Shown: positions 1 to 12,075 of the stretch, one piece after another
Layout: each line of letters starts with the position of its first letter
How positions within the stretch are numbered: position 1 is the stretch's first letter
NCBI GenBank assembly: GCA_963924565.1
Contig: OZ004608.1
Span: 3,472,001-3,536,000, forward strand
Source of the DNA: Ascidiella aspersa
Lineage: Eukaryota
Direction of reading: 5' to 3'
DNA length: 64,000 bases
Made by a program: the position numbers and the translations under genes
The notes under the pieces: generated by a model
Told to the model about the DNA's origin: nothing
Seen by the model: the letters and a program-made list of their open reading frames with translations, nothing else
Database searches by the model: none

Positions 1-304
1 TGTGAAATTATTTGGTTAAATTGGAAATTTGTGGCTTCACTGTAAGCCTATTCTATAGTATTAGTGAATGTAATTGTAGGCATCCATTTCCTTTCTAAAG
101 TTACTTTTATTGTGTAGCATTCGTTAACTCCTGTTTAATCCATTCAATTGGCTCTTATTGTTAGGTTGTTGACTGTAGCCTTTTTACAACCACTTTACCT
201 TGCCTTATACAATAGTGTCAGACAATAGCCCTTGAGATTTACTTGTTGTTGCTAAACACAAGGTTGTGTCCGTTGAGTTTTACAAGATATACAAACGTTT
301 AGAT

Positions 305-483
305 CAGTTATTTCAAACATTTAATGCGCGGTTTATAGCGTGATCACATAAACATTACCGTAGTTTTTTTTTTCTTTAAAAACAGAAACTAGATAATTTA
401 ACAATCGCCCTTCATATATCCATGGTAAATAGGTAATAAAACGTTTCGAGAATCTCTTGAGGCACACCGTTTAAAAATCGCTG
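305..483. mobile_element. Degraded hAT (Buster/Charlie-like) MITE
   Basis: Eroded termini cagttatttcaaac ... gtttaaaaatcgctg, with a subterminal ggcacac motif typical of this class. Confidence 0.45.
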
Positions 484-504
484 GTTAGAATTCACACGGC
501 AAGC

Positions 505-871
505 CAGTGTTGTAGGCCTAATGTCTAAAGCAAGTCATTGTCTCAATGACTTCATTTAAGTGCATTTAAGTCACTGTTTTCAAATGACTTGACTTAAGTC
601 CTTTAGACAAAAGACTTGACTTGAAATTAGGTCATTCAGTCAAATGACCTGGGTTTTAAGTGCATTAACATTTTTTATAACCCGGGTTATTAATAATGGC
701 TTTTTGATAATAGAACGTTTTTTTATTAATACCTCGTTTTGTTTTTATACCAATAACTTGGAGATGACTTGATTTATTTATGACTTGACTAGGACTTGAA
801 TTGCGCAACTGATGGCTTGGACTGGGACTTTTTTTTGTAATTCATTTTAAAATGACTTGTTAACAACACTG
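505..871 (+). mobile_element. Non-autonomous hAT-type MITE, GACTT-array family
   Basis: TIR cagtgttgt...acaacactg and internal tgacttgactt/aagtc arrays. Homologous to 27120-27372 and 62080-62610. Confidence 0.85.
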
Positions 872-964
872 CCATGCGGGAAACAAACATAACTACTTCG
901 ATTATAATTTACGCAGTACTGGACACCTGAAAATTCAGCCAACATATTCTTTGATTGTGTTCAG

Positions 965-1134
965 GGCTTGGTGAAGTTTGGACTCACACTCACGACCAGT
1001 TAAAGTTTACTCAGTTCGGCTGGAGATGCACCACCAAGGAAAGTAGCTACAGCAACAAAACGCTGATCGGGAATTGGAACGAACAACGATACGACATTCA
1101 TAAAACGCTAGAAAGGAAACCACTGCCATCTCAA
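965..1134 (+). CDS. CFAP68: CFAP68/C11orf1 (UPF0686) orthologue, first visible coding exon
   Basis: Translates (G)LGEVWTHTHDQLKFTQFGWRCTTKESSYSNKTLIGNWNEQRYDIHKTLERKPLPSQ. This matches the C11orf1 signature GEVW..KF.Q.GWRCTT.E..YSN.TL.GNWN..RYD......KPLPSQ as I recall it. Acceptor ttcag|965 (phase 1), donor 1134|gtaatc. Confidence 0.93.
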
Positions 1135-1794
1135 GTAATCTTTTAAATTTGCGTTGGTCTAGAAGCTTACCATTTTTTTACATTAACGAAACGAGTTTTA
1201 TTAAATATAGGAGAAATAAAGATAGAAGAATGAACATAATAATAATACTTGATCCACCCAAACTGAAACGCTAACTCGCACCCTAACCGAAATTATCTTA
1301 GCAATATAAATGGATGAAATTGTGGTAGGATTTCTAGACCAGCGCTTAAAAACCTAGCTGGAATTGTGTTGTATTTTGATTTATGTAGGGTCGTCCTGGG
1401 ACAAAGCCTGTGATTTAAAGTTTATTTGTAAAATAATTGGATTTTCAGAGGTTATATCTCACTGCTTTGATTGGACATTGTTATATTTAGACCTCTCTTT
1501 TTTTCAAGGCCTTGCCTATCTTGGGCCGGCAACAGGCCGATTTTATTCACAAATACTATCATAAAATCGACAAGCAATTATATTTGTTAACAAATCATAG
1601 GGTCTTCAACAAAAAATGGTTTTCATAAAAAACTTTTCTTAATTCCAATCAACAATTTGTAGTATCTGCGATGTAATTTTCAAGGAATAAACCTTGTACT
1701 ATATCTAAACGGCGGAATTCTAAATTCGGCATAAACACTACAATTTGCTGTGATGCATTATAGTAATTTAACATGAGAGATTATTGTGTTTTAG

Positions 1795-1900
1795 TATGCC
1801 CACTACTTTGAGACCACTTCTTGCAACGATTACAACAAAGTACCCAAGGTCACGGGGCTGGATGACTGCTCCAAGGTCATGGAGCTGAAACGCCTTGCAG
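1795..1900 (+). CDS. CFAP68: CFAP68 internal coding exon
   Basis: ttttag|TAT GCC CAC TAC TTT GAG ACC ACT... = YAHYFETTSCNDYNKVPKVTGLDDCSKVMELKRLA(G), donor |gtgagt. It continues the frame of the previous exon, and HYFETT is a family motif. Confidence 0.9.
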
Positions 1901-2898
1901 GTGAGTTACCTCAATCATGACGTTATATTATTCAGTAATTTTTTAACTGAATACTTGTAGGTAGCCGTACTTGTCTAATTCTAAATCTGGAAATTAAGAT
2001 GCACTTTTTGGCGTACTAAAATTTTTGGCAATTCGTATTCAAATTTTCTCCTGATAAAGCAAAATCCTGAATGCGACCAGGAAGTACTCAGTGGACCCCG
2101 CAATCATTGCAGGTAAACCACACACACACTTCTTCACAACCCCATAAATTGAACGCACCGATCAAAATAACACATTGGCAAAGTAGTTTATACGTCGTCA
2201 CAGTTTGCTATTCAATTTTTAAATTTGTTTCTTGCTATATGTTAAGTTTTTGTTATTTTAAATTACTACTTGCATTCGAAGTTTACCAATTTCAGTAGTG
2301 TAAAGTTTTAATACTATATCAAAGACTTAACTTGAAGTTGACGTGGTCTGCTAATGATTTAACTTGGGTAAATGATGGGTTATTCGAACGCCTGTCAAGG
2401 TTTCAAAACAATTTGTCGTTAAACCTGATTTCCTGGTGCGGCATAAAATGTACATTTGTCGTGGCCACTATGTATGCCTAACACACAAGTGTTTGGTGCA
2501 AAAACAGGTCTCTTTAGTTTCTGTACGACAAACAAGAATATAGAAAAATGCCAAAAAATGTTAGCGAAATATATAATTTCGAGGGCACATCGATTTTTAA
2601 CATCAGTAAATACACTCGTTTTTTTATTTGCAAGAAAAAAACGAAATCTGCCTCTTTGTAAACGTAGCTACTTAAAATCTCATTAGGGCGCGTCGCCTTT
2701 TGATGTGGTAAGCGCTTAAAAGACTGCCGAAACAAAAAACAAATCGGCAAGAAACCAAATATAGACGTTTCACCTATAAATTTTACACAGCGACTATAAA
2801 AAGCTTAAATTTTTTTAAATGATGCCGTGAAAATAAGGAGAAACGACCGCCCGCACGTTATTTCCACGGCTAAAAAGTCCTTTCCCGTTTGATTCCAG

Positions 2899-3059
2899 GC
2901 AAGGAGCCAACCGCTTTTCCCGGTCACCAGCCAGAACTCGATCACGACTTGGACAAAGAGTTCTACAAGTCCTTTATGACGACATCAAGGACCGCCTACG
3001 TCACACCGGAAGTGAGGAAGAGCCCCCTGGAAATTCCCCCCTACTCGGCCGGTTCATAA
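2899..3059 (+). CDS. CFAP68: CFAP68 terminal coding exon
   Basis: ttccag|GC AAG GAG... = (G)KEPTAFPGHQPELDHDLDKEFYKSFMTTSRTAYVTPEVRKSPLEIPPYSAGS*. Phase 1 is compatible with the previous exon, and it carries the conserved EP..FPGHQPELD motif. TAA at 3057-3059. Confidence 0.92.
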
Positions 3060-3204
3060 TTGGCCTGGAACCCTAGTGAGCTGTAATTGCGTAAACCTTT
3101 ATGCGTATTTTGTTTTTTTGTGGTTTCCGGTGAATTTTTGCCCGTATTTTTTGCACACGGCACTCGATTTTATTTTATGCATGTGAACCGGAGATTCGGG
3201 GTCG

Positions 3205-3210
3205 AATAAA
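3205..3210 (+). promoter_or_regulatory. Candidate polyadenylation signal of CFAP68
   Basis: First AATAAA after the stop codon. Another lies near 3527. Confidence 0.4.
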
Positions 3211-4439
3211 AGGTGCAAAATGTTTAACGAAACCGGAAACTTTGGAAAAATACCTTCGGGTGCAAAGATTTCGTTATACAAAGTATAGGATGTTATGTCA
3301 AAAAAAATTCCTGTTATGTCAAAAGATGTGGTGTTATGTTGAAAAAAAATTTGTCAAACGGATTTCTTTTTATGTTTATTTAGGTTTTAAAGCGTTTCAC
3401 GAGTTAGGAAAAAAGGATGATTTGTTTTGAATTTATTTTCAATTTGCACTTGTATATCTTTTTAACCATTCAGCATATTAAATATATATACTAAAATATA
3501 TGAAAAATATTATTATTTTCTTTGTAAATAAATCAGTTTCAATTTACATAAAACTTAAATAGTTTTTTTCTAATTAATTTCCAAATCGCAAAAAACAATT
3601 TTGCTTTTTTTTTGCATGCAAATGTAATTTGCTGTATTTATTGTGCGCCATATACATTCACAGCCTATATTTAACAGCTTTCCAAACTCTGCCTTGATTT
3701 TATTTCGGATTGAAGCCATTTTATCATCTGCCTTATATTTTTGTTCCACGGTGTTACCGTCACTTTTGCAAACATTGATGTTCTTTATTGAGCTGCCAGT
3801 GTTGACAACCAATAAAGTGTTCAGCTTCATTCGAAGTTGCTCGCCATGTAAACAAATGTTTGGTTTTAGTTAATGCTGGCAAGAATCATTGACACAACAT
3901 AAAAACTTTTTAACTAAACCAATGTCGAAAGAGCAGAAAATTATACGTATTGACTAATCTAAGAATCTAAGATACTTTGATACAGTTTGATGCTCTCACT
4001 CATATTTTTTCTTTAAATGCTCTTTTTTGTCGTTAAATGGATTTGTTTAAGACCCTTATATATAATATTAGGTAAACAGGTTTATTTGCAAAGCACAAGG
4101 ATAACTATAAATACACAAGATTTTATAAAACAAATTAGAAAACAACACCCTCCCTATTTTTCTGTGTTTTATAACGATGAAATGTTAACATTCACATTTT
4201 CTATGTTATTTGATCACATATTTTGTATATCTATTAATTTATATATTTATTAATTTATTAACAATTTTAAGCTTCGTGCAAAAAAAGGTTTAGGGCCGAT
4301 CGTATATTAATCCTGTGACCACGCAATGATCTTGGAATCCCTTGGGAATATTTATTGTAATGCACTCAGATTGAACTGTAACAAACGTATAAGGTTCTTT
4401 CCAACACATTCACCCTGTACGTTAACGATATTTTCCGGT

Positions 4440-4820
4440 GATAACTTTCGAACGCGTCACAATTCCCTTTTGTGACGACATCGCGAATTTAATTTCCCTT
4501 TGGCGCATCGCGGCGTTCGCGCGGCGCCGGAAATGGCCTTAATTGCGTCGCGCGTCCATTGTTTGTTGCGGGTGGAAAGCGCTAATGATGTTGGATCGCT
4601 CCAAGGCGAACCCGTGACTATTATTAGTGAACGGTCACCGACTTATTGCACGGAAACTGCTCCTTAGGAAAAAGACGACAGATTTCCATTCGGGCACTTG
4701 TACTAAGAATAAAGCCAAAAGACAACGACCGAAAATTACCTCGCCCATTTTCTCTTAACACGGGGCAATTAGGAACCCGAACGAAAAGGGGGGTCAGCAA
4801 TTTGCTAACCCCGCCAATCT
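4440..4820. promoter_or_regulatory. CpG-rich candidate cis-regulatory module
   Basis: Local CpG/GC island with ETS (CCGGAAAT), Sox (CATTGTT), E2F-like (TTTGGCGC), TAATT homeodomain and half-CRE motifs. No ORF. Confidence 0.45.
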
Positions 4821-5814
4821 CTGGTAAAAAACGATACTGTCTCGCATTCAGGTGTTTTTTTCATTATGCGTAATAAACGTACAAGGTTTATCGCAAAAAT
4901 TCAATGTTCAAGACGTTTCTGTTAAAAAATTACGAATCATTCAATAATTAGGAATCATTCTATATTAGTTGGCTGAATCCGATTTGTAAATCAGCCAAGA
5001 GAGTGCGTCGGAATTTGAATTTTTCTTTTTCTGACAACCTGTTTTTGTGATGTTTATATATTTGTAGGCAGGCTTCTAAAGTTCGATGACATTATAGATA
5101 TTTTTTTTAAATGTCGTTTTAAGCTTTCTATAGACCCATTGTTTAAATGGGCCCCAAGCCCGTAACTTAACACATCAATAAAAACCTTGTGGAAAGGGCC
5201 TAAAACAAGTGTGATATACAGAGAAAGCTTTGCACAAGAAGGCCAAATAAATGGCCCTAATACAAAGGACATTCGCAAAGAAGTTGGCACCGACCGAAGG
5301 TGCTTTTTCGCTTTCCGCGGCCAAATTGACTAACTGGCGTGCTTATATGGTTTAATGCGTTTTTTATGGAATCACCAAGCTGTATTTTAACCTCGGTCAA
5401 AATAGCTGAGTAGGATCGTGATTCGTTAGGCCGGGAAAGCACATTTAATGGTGTGCAAAAATTCCTCGGCCAATATCGGTCCATTAATCTTAAGTTGCTC
5501 AATCATATGGAGCGACGGTTGCCAAACATTTTCAGTTTGCGGCAAAGTGGAAAATTGAGAAAATACTGGAGACAAATTTTCTACAAAACAAGGTTTTATA
5601 TCTTAAAAATACACGGTCTACAGTTGTTGATATTTTAATATTAGTAATTAATTTTCTAATGGATAATGTGCATTATGTATTATTAGATTGCTTGCATTGG
5701 TGTTTATGACATATATAGGTGGTTTTCTTAATTAGGTGTTATAAATAAGTCAGGCCTAATGAACAAAAAAACATCGAAGTTCTTTTTATTCTTTTACAAA
5801 AAATAACATTTCAA

Positions 5815-5890
5815 AACCCAGTACAAGTCATGAGTTGCCTAAGTCAGTTCCCAGTCAACTTCAAGTCATGTCATTGACTTGAAAATAAAA
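5815..5890 (-). mobile_element. Fragment of GACTT-array MITE family
   Basis: Repeated aagtca/ccagtc motifs, the reverse complement of the 3' half of 505-871. Confidence 0.6.
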
Positions 5891-7919
5891 CGTTAAACTA
5901 AAAAAATTATAGTTTGATTTGTTGTATTCAACGTACACAAAGAGCTGTTTTCAAAGGTTCACAAGTAAAAGCAAAAAATAAAATTTATAAAGATTTCCCA
6001 ATATCTCGCTGCATCATTGAGATTCGAAATAACCCGGTTTCGAACCACTAGTATGTTTGAAACTGCACGAAGGCCCTTGCTAGTCATTCTCCTAACGGAT
6101 GAATGTGGTGCCAGAGAGCTGAGCGCCAGAAATATGCGTGAGAAACAATCGTGTATCGACCTCCCAGTACCACGTATTTCAACGACCGGCGTAAATCGCC
6201 CTATTCCGAACCTCATTTGTAGTAACCTTATTTTAATTGCAAAAAGGACTGCAAATTAATAAATGAATTCCAAGGGGTCCGTCACGTAACTTTCTTTAAA
6301 AAAATGACCCCCCCCCCCCTCCACAATTTGTGGTTTTCATTATGACAAATGCTTTATAAAAGTAATAAAACGAACAATGAACTACTACACCAAATCGTCA
6401 GGGAATTAATGCAAAGGGAATACAATAAATCGAACTGTAACAAATGTTGAAGTTGATATGATTCAAAATAAAACCTTACAGTCGGCCCGCAATTGGCAAT
6501 CCTTTTGACTAAGTGTATAAATGTAAGAAGAAGAGGTTTGTCCTTTGTAAACTTATCGCTGATCTTGTAGATCATTTGTTAATGCTTAAAAGAAGTGGAT
6601 TTGATGCTTTCGCGAAATCGGAACGTTTAAGGTGTTTCCCCCACACGTGTCTTTACAAGATGCAAGGTTTTGATTACTCAGTCAATATGCGATGCACCTG
6701 CAAGCTAGTTATCTCGAAGGGATGTGGTGAAAGTGAGCAGTGGTGGGTTATTTTTAGTCCTAGTTTCATGGCGGACTACTAGATTTTGAAAATAAATGCG
6801 ATTTTGTTAGCGAAACTTCTATTTCTAACAATTTTTATTTTTGTTTCGGTAAAGTTAAAAAGACATATTAATATATGATAAATATTTAAAAAAATATAAA
6901 TTTTCTTGTTTTTAAAGTTAAACAAATAAAAAATGTTTATTACGTTAAATCGGCTTTTTGCGTTTTAATGTTTAGGTGTACAACGCATAAGTTAATTCTG
7001 AGAATGAACCATCTTTGAAATATTGCCCCTTCATACCAAAATCCTGGGTACGCGCCTGGAAATGTGGAATTGTTAAGAGAGGAGCAAATTCAAACGGAAA
7101 TAACATGTTTTTATTTCAAATAACAGCGGACTGTAGCGCACATAATAAAGGGGCGGTAACGAAATTGTGAAGCATTTATTTGCGGTTTTGCAAGTGAGGC
7201 CGCACCTCTTATCGTATACGCCTTTAATATACACCGGGGAAACAGGAAAAACTGCAACCTTTTCTATAAGGACATCAGTAAATGCAACCTAGAAGTACGG
7301 ATGTTTATAGTTATTATATTGCCATTTTCGAAAGCTCAACAGCAGGCAATTTGGCTGGCAAGATGCGAAGGGCGCAGAATAACAAGCCATTCACAGCTGA
7401 TTGTGCATATCACCTTACACAGCTTCAACAGCGCTGTAGTGTTATAGCAAGCAAGCTATTCCCTTCTTCGATATCGGCCTGTCAATCAAATGAGGCTACG
7501 CCTTAAACTCGACGATTAGGGTCACCGTTGCGATTCGACCTTTGATCTTTGACCTTTTGCAAGAGGTTGTTGATATTTTGTCCGACAAACCGTTTCATCG
7601 CAGTTCGTTGAACTTTTATCGAACCTATAGCTTTGTTTTAACTGTAGACCGTGTTTTATCGAACCTATAGCTTTGTGTGTGAACCTTTTGGTTGAATTGA
7701 AATGGAAATCTAAAATAAATTGATGTCCATCTCGAGCCCTCTAAACTTTTCAGTATGCCAATAAAACTTTCCACGAAACCAAGTTTGAAAATAAAAACAT
7801 AGATTTGTTAGATTATCTTATTCATGATTTAATTTTTTAAAGAGAAATATTTCGCAAGGATTTGATTTGCACTGAGCCCAGAATTTGCATAAAACCTTAA
7901 AAGGTAAACAAATTACTGC

Positions 7920-8048
7920 CTTGGATCGCGAAACAAGGCTGAAATTTAAATAATAATTAGGTATCGGTTCGGCACCGATACCACCCAGTATCGGACGAGT
8001 AGCTATTCTACCACTTGGTATCGGGCACCGATATTATCGAACATATCT
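7920..8048 (-). mobile_element. Ac-like hAT MITE family fragment (ccgata/tatcgg motifs)
   Basis: Reverse complement of the 5' end of the element at 46090 (gcaccgataccacccagtatcggacgagta...gatattatcgaacatatcta). Confidence 0.75.
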
Positions 8049-8583
8049 AAACCCTCCTAGTTGCACGACCCCAAGCCTGGGAAGTTGTTTCTCAATATTC
8101 AGTGTTGTTTTTGTTCTTGCAACAAAATTCATTAAAGCAAGGCTGTAATTCAATTTAAACGGAAGCGGAATCCATTTCTACATCGATAAGTATCCATGTT
8201 TTAAAAGCCGTATCTTTATCGCCTTTCCGCGCTTTAAACATAACGTAATATCAAGTTATCAACGCACGTTTTCCGTGTTAAACCTGCATTGATAAACGAT
8301 GAAGAGATGAACCCAAGACCCGGTTTAACCTTTGCCAGCGATTTCAAACAAGGGCCTTAGTCAACAGCTGGCTTTGCTGAGATTATTTGCTGATTTCAGT
8401 TTTGTTTTTGCCAGTGTCACGTCACATAGCGACAGCCAATTGCGAGCGAATCTTACTTGAATCTGTAAAAAACTCAAATTTCGAATCCTCACAGTTACTT
8501 TGGATCTAAACATGAAAAACTCTTAAGATACAAAAAGAACCGCAAATATCTGAAAATTTAAAGCAACAAACTTTGTAAGTAAC

Positions 8584-8680
8584 CATATCCGATAATCTCG
8601 GATCGGAACCGACCCCTGATACCAATTGATAGTGTCAGTTCTTGTCCGATACTAGGGTGGTCTTCGGATCGGTATTACGA
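8584..8680 (+). mobile_element. Ac-like hAT MITE family fragment
   Basis: tccgataatctcggatcggaaccga...tgtccgatactaggg matches the 5' end of the element at 46090. Confidence 0.75.
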
Positions 8681-9309
8681 TTTGCCTAAAACGTCTTATT
8701 TTTTAATCAGAATGTTCATAAACGACCGAAGCGTCGGTTCATCGTTACATTTGAACCAAAAACGAAGTTATTATATTTTATTAAGTTGGTCTAATACCAT
8801 AAATAATCAGCAATACCTTCAGCCAGCGTTCAAAAGCAATTTTGTTTTCCACTATTTTATGACGTAATACGAGGCCATTACAGTGACGTCACGACGTCAA
8901 TAAGTGCTAAAACCTCGTTTTATCGCTTCATCAAGGAAACGATTAGAATCGCACAAATATTGTTCGCATAGTTGAGTTAAAACGATTATGTTGAGCAGGA
9001 AGGTGAAACATGAAACGGGGAAAATATCGTAAAATATCTACATGCTTTAAAAATTTGTGGTTAGTGTAAAAAAACGTAAAATATTTAAAAAAAACATGTT
9101 TTTTGACTTTTTACTCGTTGACAAATAAAGTATTTGCCTTTTCACTTTTTCTAAACATTTTTTAAGCCTAAAATTGTGTGAATTTGTTTTGTAATGAGAA
9201 CAGGATAAGTTAACTTGAAACAACTTTGGACCAAACAGAATAAATGCGACATTAGGGTTAGTATTCTTAAAATCTGAAAAAGATTAACACAAAAATTATA
9301 ACTATAGTA

Positions 9310-9820
9310 AAACGTTTCAAACCTATTATCTTCGCAAGAAACTTGATTCAAAAAAGTAATTTCGGCGAAAAAAAAAATGAAAAGCCAATTTGCATTCTTC
9401 CAAAACTTTAACAAGCGAAGAAAGTCCAACTATATAGTAAGGCCCATATTTGTAAACCCAAATGAAAAAAAAAGAAATATACCTTAAAAACAACTTTTGT
9501 ACAAAACAGAATGAACAAAGACATTAGGTTTAGCTCACGTAAATCGGAAAATGGTCAAAACAAAGGCAAGAGTCATCATCACAAAAGTTATACCTCAACT
9601 CACAACTGGCAAAACGTCTCAAACTTATAATAGCCACAAAATACCTAAAAACGTAAAATGATTAACAAAAAGACTGATATCACTCAACTTATACAACTGG
9701 CAACACGTTTCAACCGATTATAGACATATAAAATTCAAAAACAAGCAATTTCGGCGAAAACTAATTAACGAGCGAATTTGCATTCTTCCAAAACTTCGCC
9801 CAACGGACAAAGGCCAACAG
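9310..9820 (+). repeat. Diverged local direct duplication (about 9312-9430 vs 9706-9818)
   Basis: Shared blocks acgtttcaa, aatttcggcgaaaa and aatttgcattcttccaaaactt in the same order. Confidence 0.7.
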
Positions 9821-11099
9821 GAATATTTTATAGGGTCGTGACGTGGTTGGGCGCCCGGGAACACTCGGTTCCATCGTTCCTGGAACCCGAAGCTGCCCGG
9901 AATCCAAGAAGCTCAACACACGGCGCCAACAACATATTTTGATTTAGGTCAAAGGTTAACTCGCTGCACCTATAGGTTGAAGCAAAATTGCCGGATTGCT
10001 GTTTTTTTTTGTAAAAGTATAAAATGTTTACAAATGCTCAAAATGTCTTTTTGGTGTTGTTTATGAGTGTTCAATTTACTGGCCATGAGAAAATTCCTTA
10101 TAAAAGTTACATACCACATGTAGGTAAACTGTGACCTAAAAGGTGTTTAATTATAAACATTTTGTCACGTACCATGCATTCCCGTTATTGATAAAAAGGT
10201 TTTAAATACACCGACATAACTTATAATCCTCGAATTAACATTGCCCAAAAGTGTAGGTGCGCTGTGGCCCTAACTAACCATTGCAATTCAAGTTTTAGCG
10301 AGGGCTTAAAACGAAAGCTAAAATTTATCCAATATAAGGGTTCAAAATTAGAAGGTCTATGTATAGTTCTATAAGTATAAGGTCACTGCAATGATGAAAT
10401 AGAGCAATAATGTATAATGCTGTGGGTAGCTCGTATCAACCCAAAGCAGTATAGTTGGTTTGCAAAAATTTTTGAAAACAATCTAGTTTTGGTCAATTAA
10501 GCTATATTCCAAACACACAACCGGGCAGGTATTTTCTCAGCAAATCACCTTCTAAATTTGGAGTTACGGTGTCTGCGAATTAAGCGAACGTGCCAGTAAT
10601 GAGTTTATTTTGTTGCCGATCGACCATAAATCGTCACGTACAACTTGTTTTGGTCCCAACGCATGCAAATTTATTTCTTCGGAGTTTTAAGCTGCCCTGA
10701 AGAATTCAGTAGGCGATTGTGATATTGTTTGCTGAACGGTAAGGCACGTTATGGTACGCGGCCTGAAAAAAATTGAGAAACATAGGCTTAAAGCACCTGG
10801 TCCATGGGCCATAATTTGGTACCCTTTGCTTTCTAGCAATTTTAACTAATTTTCAGTCTCTACAGGCCAATTTAAGTCGAATTTTGGTCTTTATAATTAT
10901 AGTCTTTTGCATTGGCGTGGGTTGTCGATTTTCCTCGGAATATTTACTTACCTTTAGTGGTGAAAGTTAACGGCAACGGTCCGCAACGGCGTTTTTGTAA
11001 AATGTTTTTTGTACCCGTATTGATAAAATATCTTACTTTTTTACCTGGCCAGCCTGCCATGCAGCTCCTTGAACGCCTTAACTTAATATTTCAGTTGTA

Positions 11100-11420
11100 T
11101 CTTTGTGCAATATCGACCGATAACCTCCGGTTTACAACGATATCTTGTTTTCGACGACCCATTATGACGTATTCTTGTGACGTCATCTACTTTTTTCCCG
11201 GTAAAAAAATTATTTTACTTTAACCCTTACTTATACCATCTAATTCTAATTAGAATAAAATAATGACAGACCTCACAAATATTATTCAGACAAAATATGC
11301 ATATAATCAATAAATATTATTCATATATAGGGTGTATTCATTCGAATTAAGGAACTGATGATGCCACTTGGCGAAATATATTTACCTTTTAAACAGAACG
11401 TCTGATCCTGTTTTTACTCA
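11100..11420 (+). mobile_element. Penelope-like retroelement 3' relic
   Basis: A short peptide remnant NIDR*PPVYNDILF resembles a PLE ORF C-terminus. It is followed by an AT-rich tail, a TATA-like catatatag and a minimal hammerhead motif. Confidence 0.5.
11349..11388 (+). ncRNA. Minimal type I hammerhead ribozyme motif
   Basis: aaggaa-CTGATGA-t-gcc(actt)ggc-GAAA-tat-A-tttacctt. Both core boxes are intact, stem II is closed by G-C, stem III is palindromic ATAT, and stem I is bulged. Confidence 0.7.
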
Positions 11421-11859
11421 TGTTTTTAACTATGAGTTTTAGCCTACTTTTTATTATTCATATAAGATTGTGTGTCAGCCCATGAAATCTAGAAAACTTG
11501 TTAAAAATAATCATTAATGCGAACAAATAAGTCCCCATATGGCTTGCGATTATAGATTTTAACAGGGACTCTGTTATTGAGTTGATAGCGACGATCATAT
11601 TGACTGTAAACTCAGTTTGTGGCGTTTTCCCGCTTAATTCGGGTTAAAATTACACGATTTATCAACGCACAGAGGCTCGGCCGGATATATAAGAAATACA
11701 ACAAAATAACGCCATTTACCCCAAAGCCATATTACGTAAGCCATCTTACTGACAGCTGGCTTCATATCGAAGTTTTAAAAACTCAAGACTACCGCCGTCT
11801 CCGCAAAAACTTGAATTTTTAAAGTGCTACAGAGGTTTATCTCGCCCGAAACCTGTCTT

Positions 11860-12045
11860 TATGGGATTAATCGCGTCGGCCATTGTGACGTAAGGCGATT
11901 CAGCGCTCCGCTAACTTGTTGACCATCCCGGGAAAGTGACAGCTCTCGCGTTCGAGTGACGAAAAGCGCTTTGAACGCGCGAAGACCATTGTCTGATTCA
12001 CAATCTAGAAATAAGGGGCGCATCAAAGGCTTTTGGGTTTTGTTG
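11860..12045. promoter_or_regulatory. CpG-rich candidate cis-regulatory module
   Basis: CpG cluster with TGACGTAA, CATCAAAG (TCF/LEF), two CATTGT (Sox) and GGATTA (Otx-type). Confidence 0.4.
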
Positions 12046-12075
12046 CGGATTATTGAGGAAATGTAACAGGTTGAG

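Noticed and set aside
2060-2112. Possible cassette exon in CFAP68 intron (ttgcag|gtaaac donor)
   Set aside because: Acceptors at 2059 and 2080 give a stop or frameshift. The only in-frame option (21 nt) has a weak acceptor.
3570-3873. Overlapping ORFs on both strands after CFAP68
   Set aside because: No homology or convincing splice sites.
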